A stretch of 47,645 bases of DNA, taken from assembly GCA_010015585.1 (NCBI GenBank), contig ML975161.1. One strand, written 5' to 3'. Each line of letters opens with the position of its first letter. Positions within the stretch are counted from its first letter, which is position 1. This DNA comes from Eremomyces bilateralis CBS 781.70. Taxonomy: Eukaryota. A program made the translations under genes and the position numbers. Below the pieces are notes generated by a model. The model did not search any database and was not told the DNA's origin. It worked only from the letters and a program-made list of their open reading frames with translations. Positions 22,136 through 34,102 of the stretch are shown piece by piece.

Positions 22136-23604
22136 CCTCACCGGACTGCTCAAGTGTGACCAATGCTTAAAAACCTTTCCTACGAAGGGGAAATTCAGGT
22201 TCGAAAATATCGCCATTATCTCGAGAGGCACTCGCTAATTGCTTCCCAGCCGCCATTATAATAAACATACAAAACCCCATCGGTGCAACGACTGTGGGAG
22301 AGGATTTGGACTCAATGGTGATCTTAAGCGGCATGCCAAAATACATCAACTCGTCAACTTTCCCTTCCACTGCAATGTTTCCGGATGCCGGTTCAAAGGG
22401 GCTACGAGAAAGGATAATCTGCGAAGACACATTCGTGCCCGCCATAGACTTAATGAGTTCCACGGGGAAAAGATACAGCAAGAGGACATCGAACCACTTT
22501 GCAACCAGGCACAATTGGAGGTTAAGGAACTGATCGGCGACTCTACTGTGCCCGTAGCCGTGCAATCCGGGAACGATATAGTACTGCGCTCGCTTATCGA
22601 TCTCGGGTTCGACCTTACGACAAGATTCGATCACGGCAGAACGGCACTTCACATTGCCGCAGTCAAAGGCAGTGATGTTGCCGTACGAATACTCCTTAAT
22701 GCCCGGGCCAACACCGAAGCTAGAGACGATCTAGACAGAACCGCACTGCATGAAGCAGCATATCAAGGACATCATAACGTTGTGGATCTACTTCTGCAGG
22801 CAGGAGCAGGGATTCATCATAGGGATCACAGAGAGGACACCGCGCTCCATCTCTCTGCTGCCAGCGGTCATAGTCTTGTTACAAGGTCTCTTCTGCAGAA
22901 GGGAGCTAAACCAGATGCACAGTCACGGAGAGGAGAAACGGCACTATACCGAGCGATCCAGAATGGACACGAAGATGTTTCCAATCTACTGCTAGATCAT
23001 GGGGCATCCCCCACAATTGTGTCAAATGCGTCGCGGGCGGCACTGTACTTTGCGTGCAAGGCCGGAAGCGAGAAATTACTTGAACGGCTGCTTCGAGAAA
23101 CGCCGGATGGACCAAGCATGGCTCGCAAACAGAGGTTCCTCGTTCGTGCAGTCAGGCATGGCAATGAAGATGCGACAAGGGTGCTTCTCAAAGTAGGGGC
23201 GAATGTTAATTTGAAAGGACATCAAACCGGCTGTACTCCGCTCGAGTGGGCGGCGATGAGAGGAAATGAATCCATGATGCGACTGCTTCTTGAAAATGGA
23301 CCAACCGTCAAAGGCCTCACCGGCGCACTTCAATGGGCCGTAGTACGGGGTAATGAGAAGGTGATACGTCCACTTCTCGAAAGCGGGGCAGACGTGAACG
23401 AGGCGGACAAATGGGGCAGGACAGCGCTTCATACCGCTTCTAATCGCGGCCATACAGACATCATCCGTTTACTTCTTACGAGCGGGGCTGACGCAAACCG
23501 AGCTGACAACGGGGGGCCAAACACCGCTCTACCAAGCTTCTAAAGACGGCTATACAGACATTGTCAGTTTACTCCTCGAGAGCGAGGCAGATGTTGTGCG
23601 ATAA
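22136..23604 (+). CDS. Triple C2H2 zinc finger + ankyrin-repeat protein (5' exons uncertain; +1 frameshift in last repeat)
   Basis: LKCDQCLKTF..(intron 22199-22249)..RHYNKH, HRCNDCGRGF..DLKRHAKIH, FHCNVSGC..RKDNLRRHIRARH, then about 10 ANK repeats (GRTALHIAA, RTALHEAA, GETALYRA, GCTPLEWAA). The ORF stops at 23543, while a shifted frame continues QTPLYQASKDGYTDIVSLLLE to 23604. Confidence 0.85.
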
Positions 23605-23811
23605 TGGAGATTTCGCCAAGTCAGGTGATTTGTATAGGGATACAATGGGAAAGCACCGTGAGATACAAAGAAGAAGGCGTATAGATTTATCTTGATCCTA
23701 ATGAGTGTATCAACTAGAGGGATATGTTGAAATTAGGTGAAATTACTTGCTTGATTATTCTAAGATGTAGAAGACGCTGGAAAGATTTGCGCCGAGGAAT
23801 TCAACCAATCT

Positions 23812-25129
23812 CCGCATCGATGGACGAAACCGGGCCGAGTAGCAGGAAAAACTCCTGCTTATTATCGACGAGATCAGTATGCTGGGTGCGCGGACGCTGT
23901 ATATAATGAACGAGCAACTGTACAGACTTCGAGGGTATACGGACGACTTTGGCGGCATCCCGATTATTATCTTCTGCGGGGATTTCCGGCAGTTCCGTCC
24001 GGTCCAAGAGCGGTCGATCCTTCTCCCTAGCCATGCTATTTCGTAGACCGACGATACATCCTTCCGAGCAGAGCAGAGGCACCAGCACGATAAAGCGCAC
24101 GCGCTATAGAACAAGTTTACCATAGTCGTGATGCTCGACGAACAGGTCCGTGCGGCTGGAGACCCACGACTCCAGCAACTCCTTAGGCGGATCCGGCACG
24201 GCGTACAAGATCAGTCCGATATGGATTTTCTGAACGACACGTGCTACCAGGAAGGTCGACGCATCCCATGGGAGTCCGGCATAACGGTAATCACGCCGCT
24301 GAATCGGAACCGCTGGAATCTGAACCTCGAAGCTATGCTATCCTTCCAACGCCAAAGGCAAGGCGTACTTCGGATTTTCATGTCTGAGCATAAGTGGAAA
24401 GATGGCCAGCCTACGGAGGAGGAGGCCCTGATGCTGTTAAGTCAGGGGGACGACAGCGCCGTTCCCGTCCCAGCTATCTTCATGTTCGTCCCGGGGATGC
24501 CCATCGCCGTAAACCAAAACACCCACCAAGGCCTGAAGCTGGTCAATGGCGCCCGCTATACGGCATTAGACGTCGTCCTCGACCAGGCATTCCCCGGGCA
24601 TCGCGTCAACGCCGATACCATACTCTACTTCGGGCCTCCGGCCGGGATCGTGCTGGCGACCGAGACGACGAGAGAGTGTAACTTCGTCGGCATGGCAGCC
24701 GGCACCATCCTCCTAACGCCCGTCAGCGTCAAAATTGACTGCCAGAGAAAGCGGCCGTAGCAGATGCACGACGTCAGCCGGCGAGGATTGCCGTGCGCAG
24801 CGGCGTTCGTATACACGGATTATAAGGTGCAAGGAAAGACGTTGGACCGAGTGGCGCTGGAACTTCGCGGCGCGAGGACGACGAACGTCGATGGCCAGGC
24901 CGTCCCCAGTCAATGCGATGCCTACGGCCTATACGTGCAACTGTCGCGCTGCCCATCGCTAGATGGGATTATGCTCCTGTCTCGAGCGCGGGAAAGAGAC
25001 ATTATCGGCAATCGAGTGCCCGATAACATAGTCGCCGCCGAGAATAGGCTAGAACGACTAAGCGAGGGGACGATTCGAGACGCAGAACGTTGGGACTGGT
25101 CATCAGAGGAGGGACAGACGGTATATTAA
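23812..25129 (+). pseudogene. RIP-inactivated PIF1-family helicase (Helitron/Helentron-type), 5' truncated
   Basis: LLIIDEISML, DFGGIPIIIFCGDFRQFRPV, VVMLDEQVRAAGDP, AFVYTDYKVQGKTL, YVQLSRC. Four in-frame TAG codons at positions where Trp is expected. Confidence 0.85.
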
Positions 25130-25771
25130 GGGGAAGCAAATGCGGCCTAGATATATTAAGTAAACCAGGCATTGGCTAGCGGAGCGCAAATAGAGCGAGG
25201 GACATTGAAAACCGACCCTTTGTAACATTGATCGCTTAACGATGGGGAGACCTCGCCTTCTGTTTTTCTCGCATCCCTCCTCTTTTTCTCGAGACTTTAT
25301 GATCGGAGTCAGTTTCGGCGATCAGAGCCAAGTCTCGACGGTCGGAGTTAGTCTTAACGACCGGACTTAGTCAGGCGCAGAGTCAGAATCCGGCGGTGTC
25401 TGCCGACGCGAAGTGGACGCTGTGGAGCGTGTTGTAGTTTCATAGTTCGTTCCAATCATATCATACGGGCTAAAGCGGGCGGCGACGGCGATGTCGACGA
25501 AGGGAACGAAGGAATGAATGGATTCCTACTCCCTCCAGCCAATCGCTCTAGTCGATGTGGGAAACTTGCTGACTGATATATACATGTCTGGGCATGCCAT
25601 TTGGATTGTCGACGAAGGTTGGGGTAGGAGGAGTACAAATCACGTGAAACTCACGTGAATATCATGTGATTTAAGGTCTAGTTAGAAGTTTGTTGTCTCC
25701 CCTCGTGCGACCAAAGACCTTACGGAACTTCGTTCCTCCAGGCATGCACGTATTCCAGACAACGTCACTAC

Positions 25772-25895
25772 TAGGGCTGGACACGAATATTCGACTATTC
25801 GTATTCGTACGAATATTCGTAGTCGAATACGAATAATCGTTCAAGAGGAAAAGTCGAATACGAATAGCCAAAATCCTTATTCGTGTCCAGCCCTA
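25772..25895. mobile_element. Short (124 bp) copy of the same hAT-type MITE with its own 8-bp TSD
   Basis: Identical TIRs to 21089-21579. TSD GTCACTAC at 25764-25771 and 25896-25903. Confidence 0.93.
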
Positions 25896-26012
25896 GTCAC
25901 TACGTGTCTACGTCCTTGACACTAGGGTTTGACAGCAAATCATGAAACTCGTCGCTAACTGCTTGCTCAGGACTCATCAAGATATGGGTGTATAATCCAG
26001 CTGCAATCCCCT

Positions 26013-26495
26013 TTAACAGGTTCGGATTCGTGCGCTTGGTCTCCGCTGTAACAAGGCAAGGCCTGACCTCTTCTGCTCCTCTCCAAGCTTGCTTAAAGGA
26101 ATCAACTGGATAACAATTCTGCCAATAAAGATTGGGATAGCATGGAAGATAATGCTCTTCCCAAAACCAGTCTTAGCAGAGACAATAGTATCCCCATGGC
26201 GAAAAACAATTCGTCGAAGAGCCCGAACCTGGTTGATACGTGGGAGCCGACCACCCAGGAGTCGCTGCAAACCATGGAAAGTAAGATCATGCTGGTATTT
26301 GATGTTCTTTCGTATTAGACATGTCTTGACTAGATCTTGCAGTACCGAGCATAACTCTTTCTCTGGTGTCGTTGCAATTATGGATATCCGTTCTTCAGTT
26401 GTTTTCTCGATAGGAAGTGGTTGTACAGAGGCTGGATTCTGGTATGGGGAGGTTTCACGCTGATGAGAGCGGCCTTGCCGGCGCTTCACTCGCAT
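26013..26495 (-). pseudogene. N-terminal fragment of a RecQ-like DEAH helicase
   Basis: PRINQVRALRRIVF..DTIVSAKTGFGKSIIF..VIQLIPLSKLGEEQ corresponds to the Q motif, motif I and motif Ia. The ORF ends before motif II. Confidence 0.7.
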
Positions 26496-26739
26496 GGAGG
26501 CAGATCTGGAGATTGAGCTTTCACATATAACGACACGACAAGTAGTTTTAAAACACTAGTTATAGATTGAACAGTTAGCAAATTGATATTTAAAAGCCAT
26601 AGGACGGTTTAACAAACCCTTATCTATATTTCATCAACTTTTGGAGCCCGCGCAACTTTCTCGTATGATGTTATTCGCCATCTCGTCATTTTCACCAAAT
26701 CTCACCATTCACGCGTCCATTCAGGTTTTGCAAGAGTTT

Positions 26740-26852
26740 CTCAGACGGTATCCAAGACAGTTGCAGTCAGCTGAGTGGCGTTCACGCTAAACATGGGGCT
26801 AATCTGGTTATGGTTTAGCTTAACCAGAGTCATGGCTTGGATACCGTCTGAG
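26740..26852. mobile_element. MITE-like 113-bp element with perfect 17-bp terminal inverted repeats
   Basis: CTCAGACGGTATCCAAG (26740-26756) and its exact reverse complement CTTGGATACCGTCTGAG (26836-26852). No convincing TSD. Confidence 0.55.
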
Positions 26853-28218
26853 CCCAAGCTGAGATAAGCTGGAGCTGTATTTTGTCACGGAATATCTGTG
26901 GTTCTTGGCATTTCAGCACGGTTTCATTCCGTATTCGATTCTATCCCTAAGTTTCTTTTCTTTTTGGGAAAAGGATCACTATTGTAAATCATAATAGCTG
27001 CAGGAAGAGTCTGTTTTCGCAGGATTCCTGCTCTTCAATGTCAAGATCAACCTATCTGCGTTGTTTTGGCATCTAACGGTGTTTTCCCACTATATCGCTG
27101 TACCAATGACCTGATTAAGCGAAGCCGCTATTTATCTCACATATTTCAAGCTCCAGATATGTCTTGGCAAAGTGTTCATACTTCGAGTTTTGATCAAGCT
27201 CCAGATATGAACGCTTTGCATGTCCCACCTGCGAACATATACAGTCCCAAGCCAATCAAGCGCCTGGGCTCTTTGGGTCCATTCTTAGACTGTAGATCCG
27301 GCAAGCGCCTTGGGAGTGTTCGTGTTTGGTTGCGTCCAGGATCGTGGGACCAGGATCGTGGGAGAGGAGAGTATGTGTGCGAACAGGAGCATGGGGACAA
27401 GATCATGAGAACTGGATTGTGCGCACAGGGTCGTGAGAACTGGATGGTCGTGGGAACGTCGTGACCAGAGCCAAATTTCCGACCATCACCTCGAAGGCAT
27501 CCGTGAGCGGTGCCAGTTTACAGAGCTCGAACAAGTTCGGAACGCAATTACACTCCTTTTCGGAGAGAAAAGCCTCCGTCTTAGGGATATTGGGGAGCGA
27601 CTCATTGATATTATTGTAAGGGAGAGCGTCACGAAATTCCTTCCCTACAACAGCTCAATTATCATAGGCCCAGCTTTATTTGGCCGTATACCGCGTTGCG
27701 TGTCAGATATGCCGTTGCACGAAAGAGTGTCTTCATCGGCTCCTTAAATGTGTCCCGCATATTAAAGCCAGCTTTGAGGATACTGGAGTAGTTAGCGTTG
27801 AGCAGACACATCTGGAGGAGCTTATCCAGGAGTTCTCAGTTCATAGACTTGCGTTGCTCTCACATCCAGGATCTGCAAGCGGTAAGAGAGCAATTACTAT
27901 TAAGCGTGCCTCACTCGGTGCATGTCTATTTATTAAAGAAGAAGTGTCGCATTACGCGGGGGTGATGATTAAGCAAGTTCGCTGCTTAAGCTCAGTTACT
28001 GTGTAGACACAACGCATGTTGATATTGACGATTCCCATTCTATCGAAGAGTGTCCTCTAGCTAGCTAAACCGTTGAAGATAGGCAAATACATAGGAGAAG
28101 AGTGAGCAGTCCTAAATAGGCTTAGCCTAGGGGTACGGTAATGGGCAGAGAATGGAATGTTAGGTGGCAGTAAAACCAACAGGGGCATCTTGCGACAGGA
28201 AGATCATCTGATTTAGCT

Positions 28219-29249
28219 TTATCCCGCACGTTTCGTGCCAGAAATAAAAACGACGTTGATCATCATGTCTACCCCTTGACAGGCAGTTCGAACAGCGTCC
28301 AACTGCGCTTGGGCGTTAGATCGCGAGTAGCCGCCCTCGCATATCAAGAAATGTCGAATCATATCCAACCCATCCACCCATTTCCATTCATCTACTGGTA
28401 TGGGGATTTCTCCAACCTTGATATCGTCAAAACCTGTCTCCAGCATAAGGCCGTCCAGGCAATCGGCGTCACGAAGGTCGATGCCCAGCTGCCGCAGTAG
28501 GCAGGAGATCTCCGATTGGAAGGCTGATAGTATGTTGTTTCCGTCGGGAATTTCGGGAAAGAGGTTCGGGATCTCCAATTCAATCCGCCCACCTTGTGAT
28601 AATCCGCTTAAAAGAGAACTCAAGTTAGCCGGGAAGCTTTGACGGAGGAGAAGTGACATACTTGTACATGTTCTATAGCGCGGCGCGCCAGCATTTCGGA
28701 TAGAAGTTGCGCAAATGTATAACATCGTAGTGCTTAACCAGCTCGACTTCGGCATCGTCAAGACGGAACTCCAGATTTGTAGGCAGTTTGTCGTTAACAA
28801 TGGGGACTATGTCAATAGCCTCGACGGTCGAATTAGGATTCGCTATAGCGACTTTTCCATGTCAGCTGCCGCTACGGAGGCTCCAGATGGACTGACTTAC
28901 AATCTGTTGCCCAATTCGCTTCAGGTCCGGCTTCCATGTCAATGACCCTTAATCCCCCCGAGTTGGGGTATGGCCCAGCGAGGAACCGCATGTAGCTCTG
29001 TAATATACGGTGGCGGAGTGTGTCTAAGCGCCGGCTGCTGAGATTGGTGGGGAACGGATACCCGGTCTCTAGGAAGACCAAGCCACATGGGCCGTCATGC
29101 TCGGTGTACCCGATCAAATCGGCCTCAGTTGAAGTATCAAAGGAGTTGTACGATTGAAGCGTGGTGCCACCCATCGATTCCGGCCCTTCTGAGCACTCAG
29201 TGTGTGGGGTCGACTCGCTTGCTGAGCACTCAGTGTTTGCCGAAGGCAT
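28219..29249 (-). pseudogene. LaeA/TdiE-like SAM-dependent methyltransferase with one in-frame stop
   Basis: YPFPTN..RRLDTLRH, RVIDMEAGPEANWATDF(intron)AIANPNSTVEAIDIVP, NLEFRLDDAE, YDVIHLRN, GGRIEL, MLETGFDDI. TAG at 28673-28675 in exon 2. Confidence 0.65.
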
Positions 29250-30220
29250 CCCACGGCACACCCAAGATAATCTCTGATCGGGATGATTTGGAAGAATTTC
29301 GCGAACCAGACGGCGAACCAGAAGGCGATCCAGAAGGCGATCCAGAGTTCTTGAAAGAGGAGGGCATATGGACAAAATGAAAACAATCTACGGACATGAG
29401 AAGTTAATCGAGCAACCGCGGGTTGAGGGAACCGTACCTGTATGTCTCTGGAAGGGAATTGACGACCGCCATATTCATCATAGAATAGAGAATCCGCAGT
29501 CCGCGAGAGATGTCGTGAGAGGAAGGCCACAGCACAGATCGCTGCTCCCGCTATAACTAAAAGATAACCAACCGAACGAATTGAGCGGACTGTTTGTAGA
29601 TCATCGTGCTTGCGGCGCTGAACATATATGGCAAGATAGCAGACGACATCGACCAGAAGAGATAGAGTAGAGGCAACGACCATAGCCAGAGTCTTGCCAG
29701 TAATAGCGACGCTTACAAAGTCAGTGGGACTGTTAAACGATGGCCCAAAATGGGGTTCCAGTAGCAGTAGGTCCCTACGGCCCGAAGAGGAGGAAGCTGA
29801 GGAGGAAAGGCGGAAGAAGGCGGATACTGCACAAATAACGACTCGAGTATATAATTCCGCACGATAACGGCGATACGGTTACCTAAACACAGCTTTTCGC
29901 GGAGCCAGACTTTGACAGCGTCTGTCTCGCCCGGATAAGTCACTACCAGAGTCCACTATTCGTTCACCGGTTTCACGAATGCGGAGCGTTGTCCACTTGG
30001 AAAATGGGTTCTGAGAAGCTTAGTTGCGTTGGTAGCAAGCTCCCGAGCCCAGGGCTCGTCCGTCCCTATCTCTGAGGCCGGTGATGGCGACATCGCCGCT
30101 GCCAGAAAGAAGGGAGACACAAAAGAGATAACGAATTCCGAGATGTGGTATTATAGTAGGAGAGTGAATACCAAGAAAGGCATAAGAGGATACAAAGGAT
30201 GAGAAGCAGAAGTCTGGTAG

Positions 30221-30410
30221 CTTTAACGAGGCGGTGAGGGTGCTGTGCGACCACGCGTTGGTGGGAGTGGATAGGTCCTCTAAAGGAAGCGTTGAGTCTC
30301 TGGACTACGGGATGCATAGCTGTGTGCATTCATGGACGGTTTATGTGGTCAACCAAGAATGGGATTCAGAGATGGCCGAGGTAGCTCTGGAGTGTGTAGG
30401 TAGACATGCA
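30221..30410 (+). pseudogene. Isolated fragment of an NB-ARC-TPR type NLR (winged-helix region)
   Basis: FNEAVRVLCDHALV..YGMHSCVHSWTVYVVNQEWDSEMAEVALECVGRH matches the .H..VH.W motif region of fungal NB-ARC-TPR proteins as I recall it. Cut off at the 3' end of the neighbouring gene. Confidence 0.6.
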
Positions 30411-31310
30411 TTATGTATAGATCTCAGGAGGCCTTCTATACCAGTATCTCCTCTCCAAATTCTTTACCTCCTCGTAAAAATCCGGATAGAGATAAGCCAG
30501 CCGCACCCTCTGAAATCCTATATCATGTGTACTCCTGCCCTCTATTACCGGATACCCATCATTAGCCTCGATGTCGTCCAGCTCATCCGGGTCATCGCCA
30601 GGCCAGTCAGCCTGTACCACATTTACGTATCCATCAACTGGATCGTTTTGCGCCAGAATATTGTCGATACTCTCTTTATCAACCTGAATAAAGTAGTCGT
30701 ATTTCGGTCTGCTGAGAGCAAACAGAATTAAACTTTTCTCGTTCCTAAGTTGAGGTTCGGCGGCAATCGGCCCGCCGCCGGATCGCCAGGCAAGAAAATG
30801 TTTTCTTAGCTCTATGGTGCTTGCTTCATTGAAGCGCTCTCGATCAGACATAATAGGCCACTCCATAAACTTCATATGTTCCTCGTTCCCATGTACCTCT
30901 CGGATTGTCGATATTAGAGCCTCGTTAAAGATTTGAATAAATCGCTCCCATTTCACTTCCGAGTCGTACGTCGTTCTGTAGATACGCCAGCCCCATCGCT
31001 TTTGATTCTGGCCAAGGTACCACCACCGGATCTGTTCTAGTTTCCCAGCGGTAGTCCATAAGACTCCATATCTCTCCCGACAGAGCTTGTCTAGTTGAAC
31101 TCCGTCGAGAGCGGTGATTGCATCGTCGGTTAATCCTAGGTCACCGACCGTAGACATGCGTCTAACAATTTCAGCTTCGTCGTCTATCCTGGTGTTCTGT
31201 CCGTAATTTTGGATAGGGGTAAAGCTTTGAGGTTTGTGAGGATAGAAAAAGGAGGCGACAAAAGATTGCTGGAGTTTGTGGGCGCTGCGGAGGCGGGCTC
31301 GGCTATTCAT
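30411..31310 (-). CDS. Hypothetical fungal protein (WG+xIYRTxY family)
   Basis: Uninterrupted 299-aa ORF with WGWRIYRTTYDSEVKWERF, FNEASTIELRKHFLAW and FIQVDKESI, a pattern common in uncharacterised Pezizomycotina proteins. Start may be the downstream Met. Confidence 0.7.
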   Translation of the reverse strand: MNSRARLRSAHKLQQSFVASFFYPHKPQSFTPIQNYGQNTRIDDEAEIVRRMSTVGDLGLTDDAITALDGVQLDKLCRERYGVLWTTAGKLEQIRWWYLGQNQKRWGWRIYRTTYDSEVKWERFIQIFNEALISTIREVHGNEEHMKFMEWPIMSDRERFNEASTIELRKHFLAWRSGGGPIAAEPQLRNEKSLILFALSRPKYDYFIQVDKESIDNILAQNDPVDGYVNVVQADWPGDDPDELDDIEANDGYPVIEGRSTHDIGFQRVRLAYLYPDFYEEVKNLERRYWYRRPPEIYT

Positions 31311-31865
31311 GTTCTAGGGCTGTCCGGCTATCTTGCGTAGAACTGGGGCCGTCAGGTGCTTCCCTTGGGGCGGTTGATTAATTGTATCTGTAACGAGCAG
31401 GAAGCCTCATAGACGAGCATATCTGGGATGACGGTTTTATTCGTGATATCGAATCTAAAGAAAGAAAGGAAAGAGAGAGAGAGATGGAGGCCTTATGTGG
31501 GGAACTGGGTAGGGTGACTAATTATACATGCAGTTCTCAAGCTAGGGAAGCTGGCCCGGAAACCAACTAGTGCATTCAGTGGATAATCATAAGTTACACA
31601 CAATGATGATTAACAATATGTACATAGTCATGGTCGAAGCGTTATATCGATCCGAATAGAAAATATGCTGAGAGTTTGTTATTATGACTACGGATCGCAG
31701 GGCTCTGACTACTATGGTTTGAGGCATCAAGGGAATGAGGACAGCAATAGATCCAATACCCCGTAGTTGTCCTTCGTTCCTGTTACTAGCCTACTAATGG
31801 AGCAATCCTAGCGTGGTATATTTACAAGATCCAACTTCCAAATAGTCAAGTCCTTTTGCGTACAA

Positions 31866-33196
31866 TCAACGATATAGCAAACTTTCCACCTCCTCCGCTA
31901 TCGCCAACGAGCTCGTCAGCCCCGGACTCTCAATACCCAACAAGTTCACCCACCCCTCAAACCCCTCCTCCCTCTTGATATAAAAATCTAAGAACCCCTT
32001 CCCCTCCACCACCGACCCGGCCCTCCCCATCTTCGGCCGAATGCCCGCGTAATCGAGCGCGATCGCACCCTTGTCCACGCCCGGCAGATACGCTGAGATC
32101 TCCGCCAGCGCCGCCGCTAGATGCGCGTCTGAGACGCGATAGTCGGTGGGGTCGTCGACCCAGAGGACGTCGGGGCCGAAGCGGATGCGCCCGCCCATGT
32201 CGATGGTTAGATGCGTGCCCAGGCCGGCGATTCCGGGGCTGTGCGCCGGGTAGATCAGATGCGAGGGTTTCGGTCGCGAGGAGGAGTAGCTGTAGTATGA
32301 GCCTTTTGCATACGCGGGCGTGGTTTGGCGTTCGGGGGGGAGGAGAGTGTTGGAGAGGGGGATAGCGGACAGGCCGGCGGAGTTGATGAAGGTTTCGGTG
32401 GTGATCGTTGTGGTCTCGTTGCTGTCAGGCGATGAGACTTCGATTTGCCAACCTTTGGAGCCATGGTCGAGGGGAGTGACGCTTTCCACTTTCGATAAAA
32501 ACGCCGTGGTCCCTCCCTTATCTTCGAAGTCACCCTGCAGGTACTGCATCAAGGAATGACTGTCAACAATCCCCGTCGTCGGACTCTCCAGAACGCCTGC
32601 TTCCGCGCGGACATCTGGCTCCCGACGTTTGGCCTCCTCCGCCGACACGAAATGCGTCGGGACGCCGATCTCTTTCGTGAATGCGTGCGTCTTCTCCAAC
32701 TGCGCGAATTGTGCGTCATCTTGCGCAACGATCCATTTCCCGCAATTGCGGTAGGGGATGGAGTACTTCTCGCACAGCTCGTAGAGGAGGATCCTCCCGC
32801 GAACGCAGAGTTTGGTCTTCAAGGAATCCTTTCCATAGTACAGACCGGCGTGTATCACCTTGGATTGTCAGATGCGATCCAGCAAACACGGAAGAGGGCA
32901 ACAAATGGGCTTATCCAACCTCCGAATTTCGACTGCTCGTCTCCGTCCCTACACCTCCATGCTTCTCAATCAAGATCGTATCGGCGCCTCTTGATTGTAG
33001 TTTGCGCGCGACAGCGAGACCAACCACTCCACCTGCGACGGTCGTCAGCGCACTGCCGTCAAGTCTCTGATATCAATGCATGCACACCTCCGATCACGGC
33101 ATGTTGGAAATCCGCCGAAAGGGGGGCCCGGCTGGAAAACGGACGGAGTGGCGATCGAACGGTTCGAGCCACATGTCGGCCAAGAATTGAGGACAT
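31866..33196 (-). CDS. FAD-dependent L-2-hydroxyglutarate dehydrogenase-like oxidoreductase, mitochondrial (3 exons)
   Basis: Arg-rich presequence [92 protein letters not shown]. Confidence 0.93.
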
Positions 33197-34102
33197 ATCG
33201 ATTCTACCGGCTGCATATAATGATTTTGACACCTATCATTGCTTCTCTATCGTGTAAGAAGGACGAATATTAACATTTGGCAGTTCTCAGAACGTCACCG
33301 CCTACCGCCAGGGTGGTGGAAGGCTGGGTGGGACATGGAGGTCGATCGGTGGGACCGTGGGAGAAAGCCGGCAGCTCCACTGTCTGATCGGGGTTCATCG
33401 GGTCTGTCTTGGGCAGGGCATTGCGGGGTCTAGTTGAAGGATGGTGCTGTGGACGAGAGTCAACCGCTCCAGGAACGCTGCTTTTGCTCTAATAGATGAG
33501 AACTGATGAGAATTCCTATGCGTGGCATTCCGCGTCTGGATGCAAAATTTACGATGGTTTAAGTTCCGATGGTTGCTCTCAAATGCTCTGGGATGCCTTC
33601 GCCTCAGACGATCGCAATCGAAGAGACTTGCTCGAGTTCAATGGACCCAGGACTCATCCAGCCCAAATTATGGGAATCCGTTACGTTTGAGGCACAGGTT
33701 TACGGCTTAAGAAGGGCGAAGTGGCACCGTAAGACTTGCTACCGAAAGAAAGTTGGAGCTATACACTCTGGGTATGTATTGAATATAAAATGAAAGCGCT
33801 CACAAGGAGCCGCTCAACTATTATCGTTGTTTTGACCAAGCATCGCAATTGCCGCCCGGTATGTGTTGGAATTGTACAGTGATCAGCCCAGGATACGAAA
33901 GGCTCGACCATCAGATACCCGTCTCTAATCGACCGCGAAGCGCACCGAACGCCCAACCCACCCCTATGATCCAAGAAATCCCATATGAAATCGAGAAAGC
34001 AACGCCAATCTCAGCAGCCCAGCCTATGAAAGGGGACCAATCCCAACGCCAACCCTCGTGGACCTCGTAGAAAAAACCGGACCAGTAGATCCAAGAGTCG
34101 CT

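Noticed and set aside
29114..29683. 189-aa minus ORF with two hydrophobic stretches
   Set aside because: Overlaps the methyltransferase 5' region in another frame and shows no family motif. Cannot be distinguished from a chance ORF.
30234..30731. 165-aa plus-strand ORF as an intact gene
   Set aside because: Only the first ~60 aa look like an NLR fragment. The rest is antisense to the 30411-31310 gene.
16300..31400. Calling the accessory region a Starship element
   Set aside because: No DUF3435 tyrosine recombinase or element boundaries are visible in the window. Kept only as a hypothesis.
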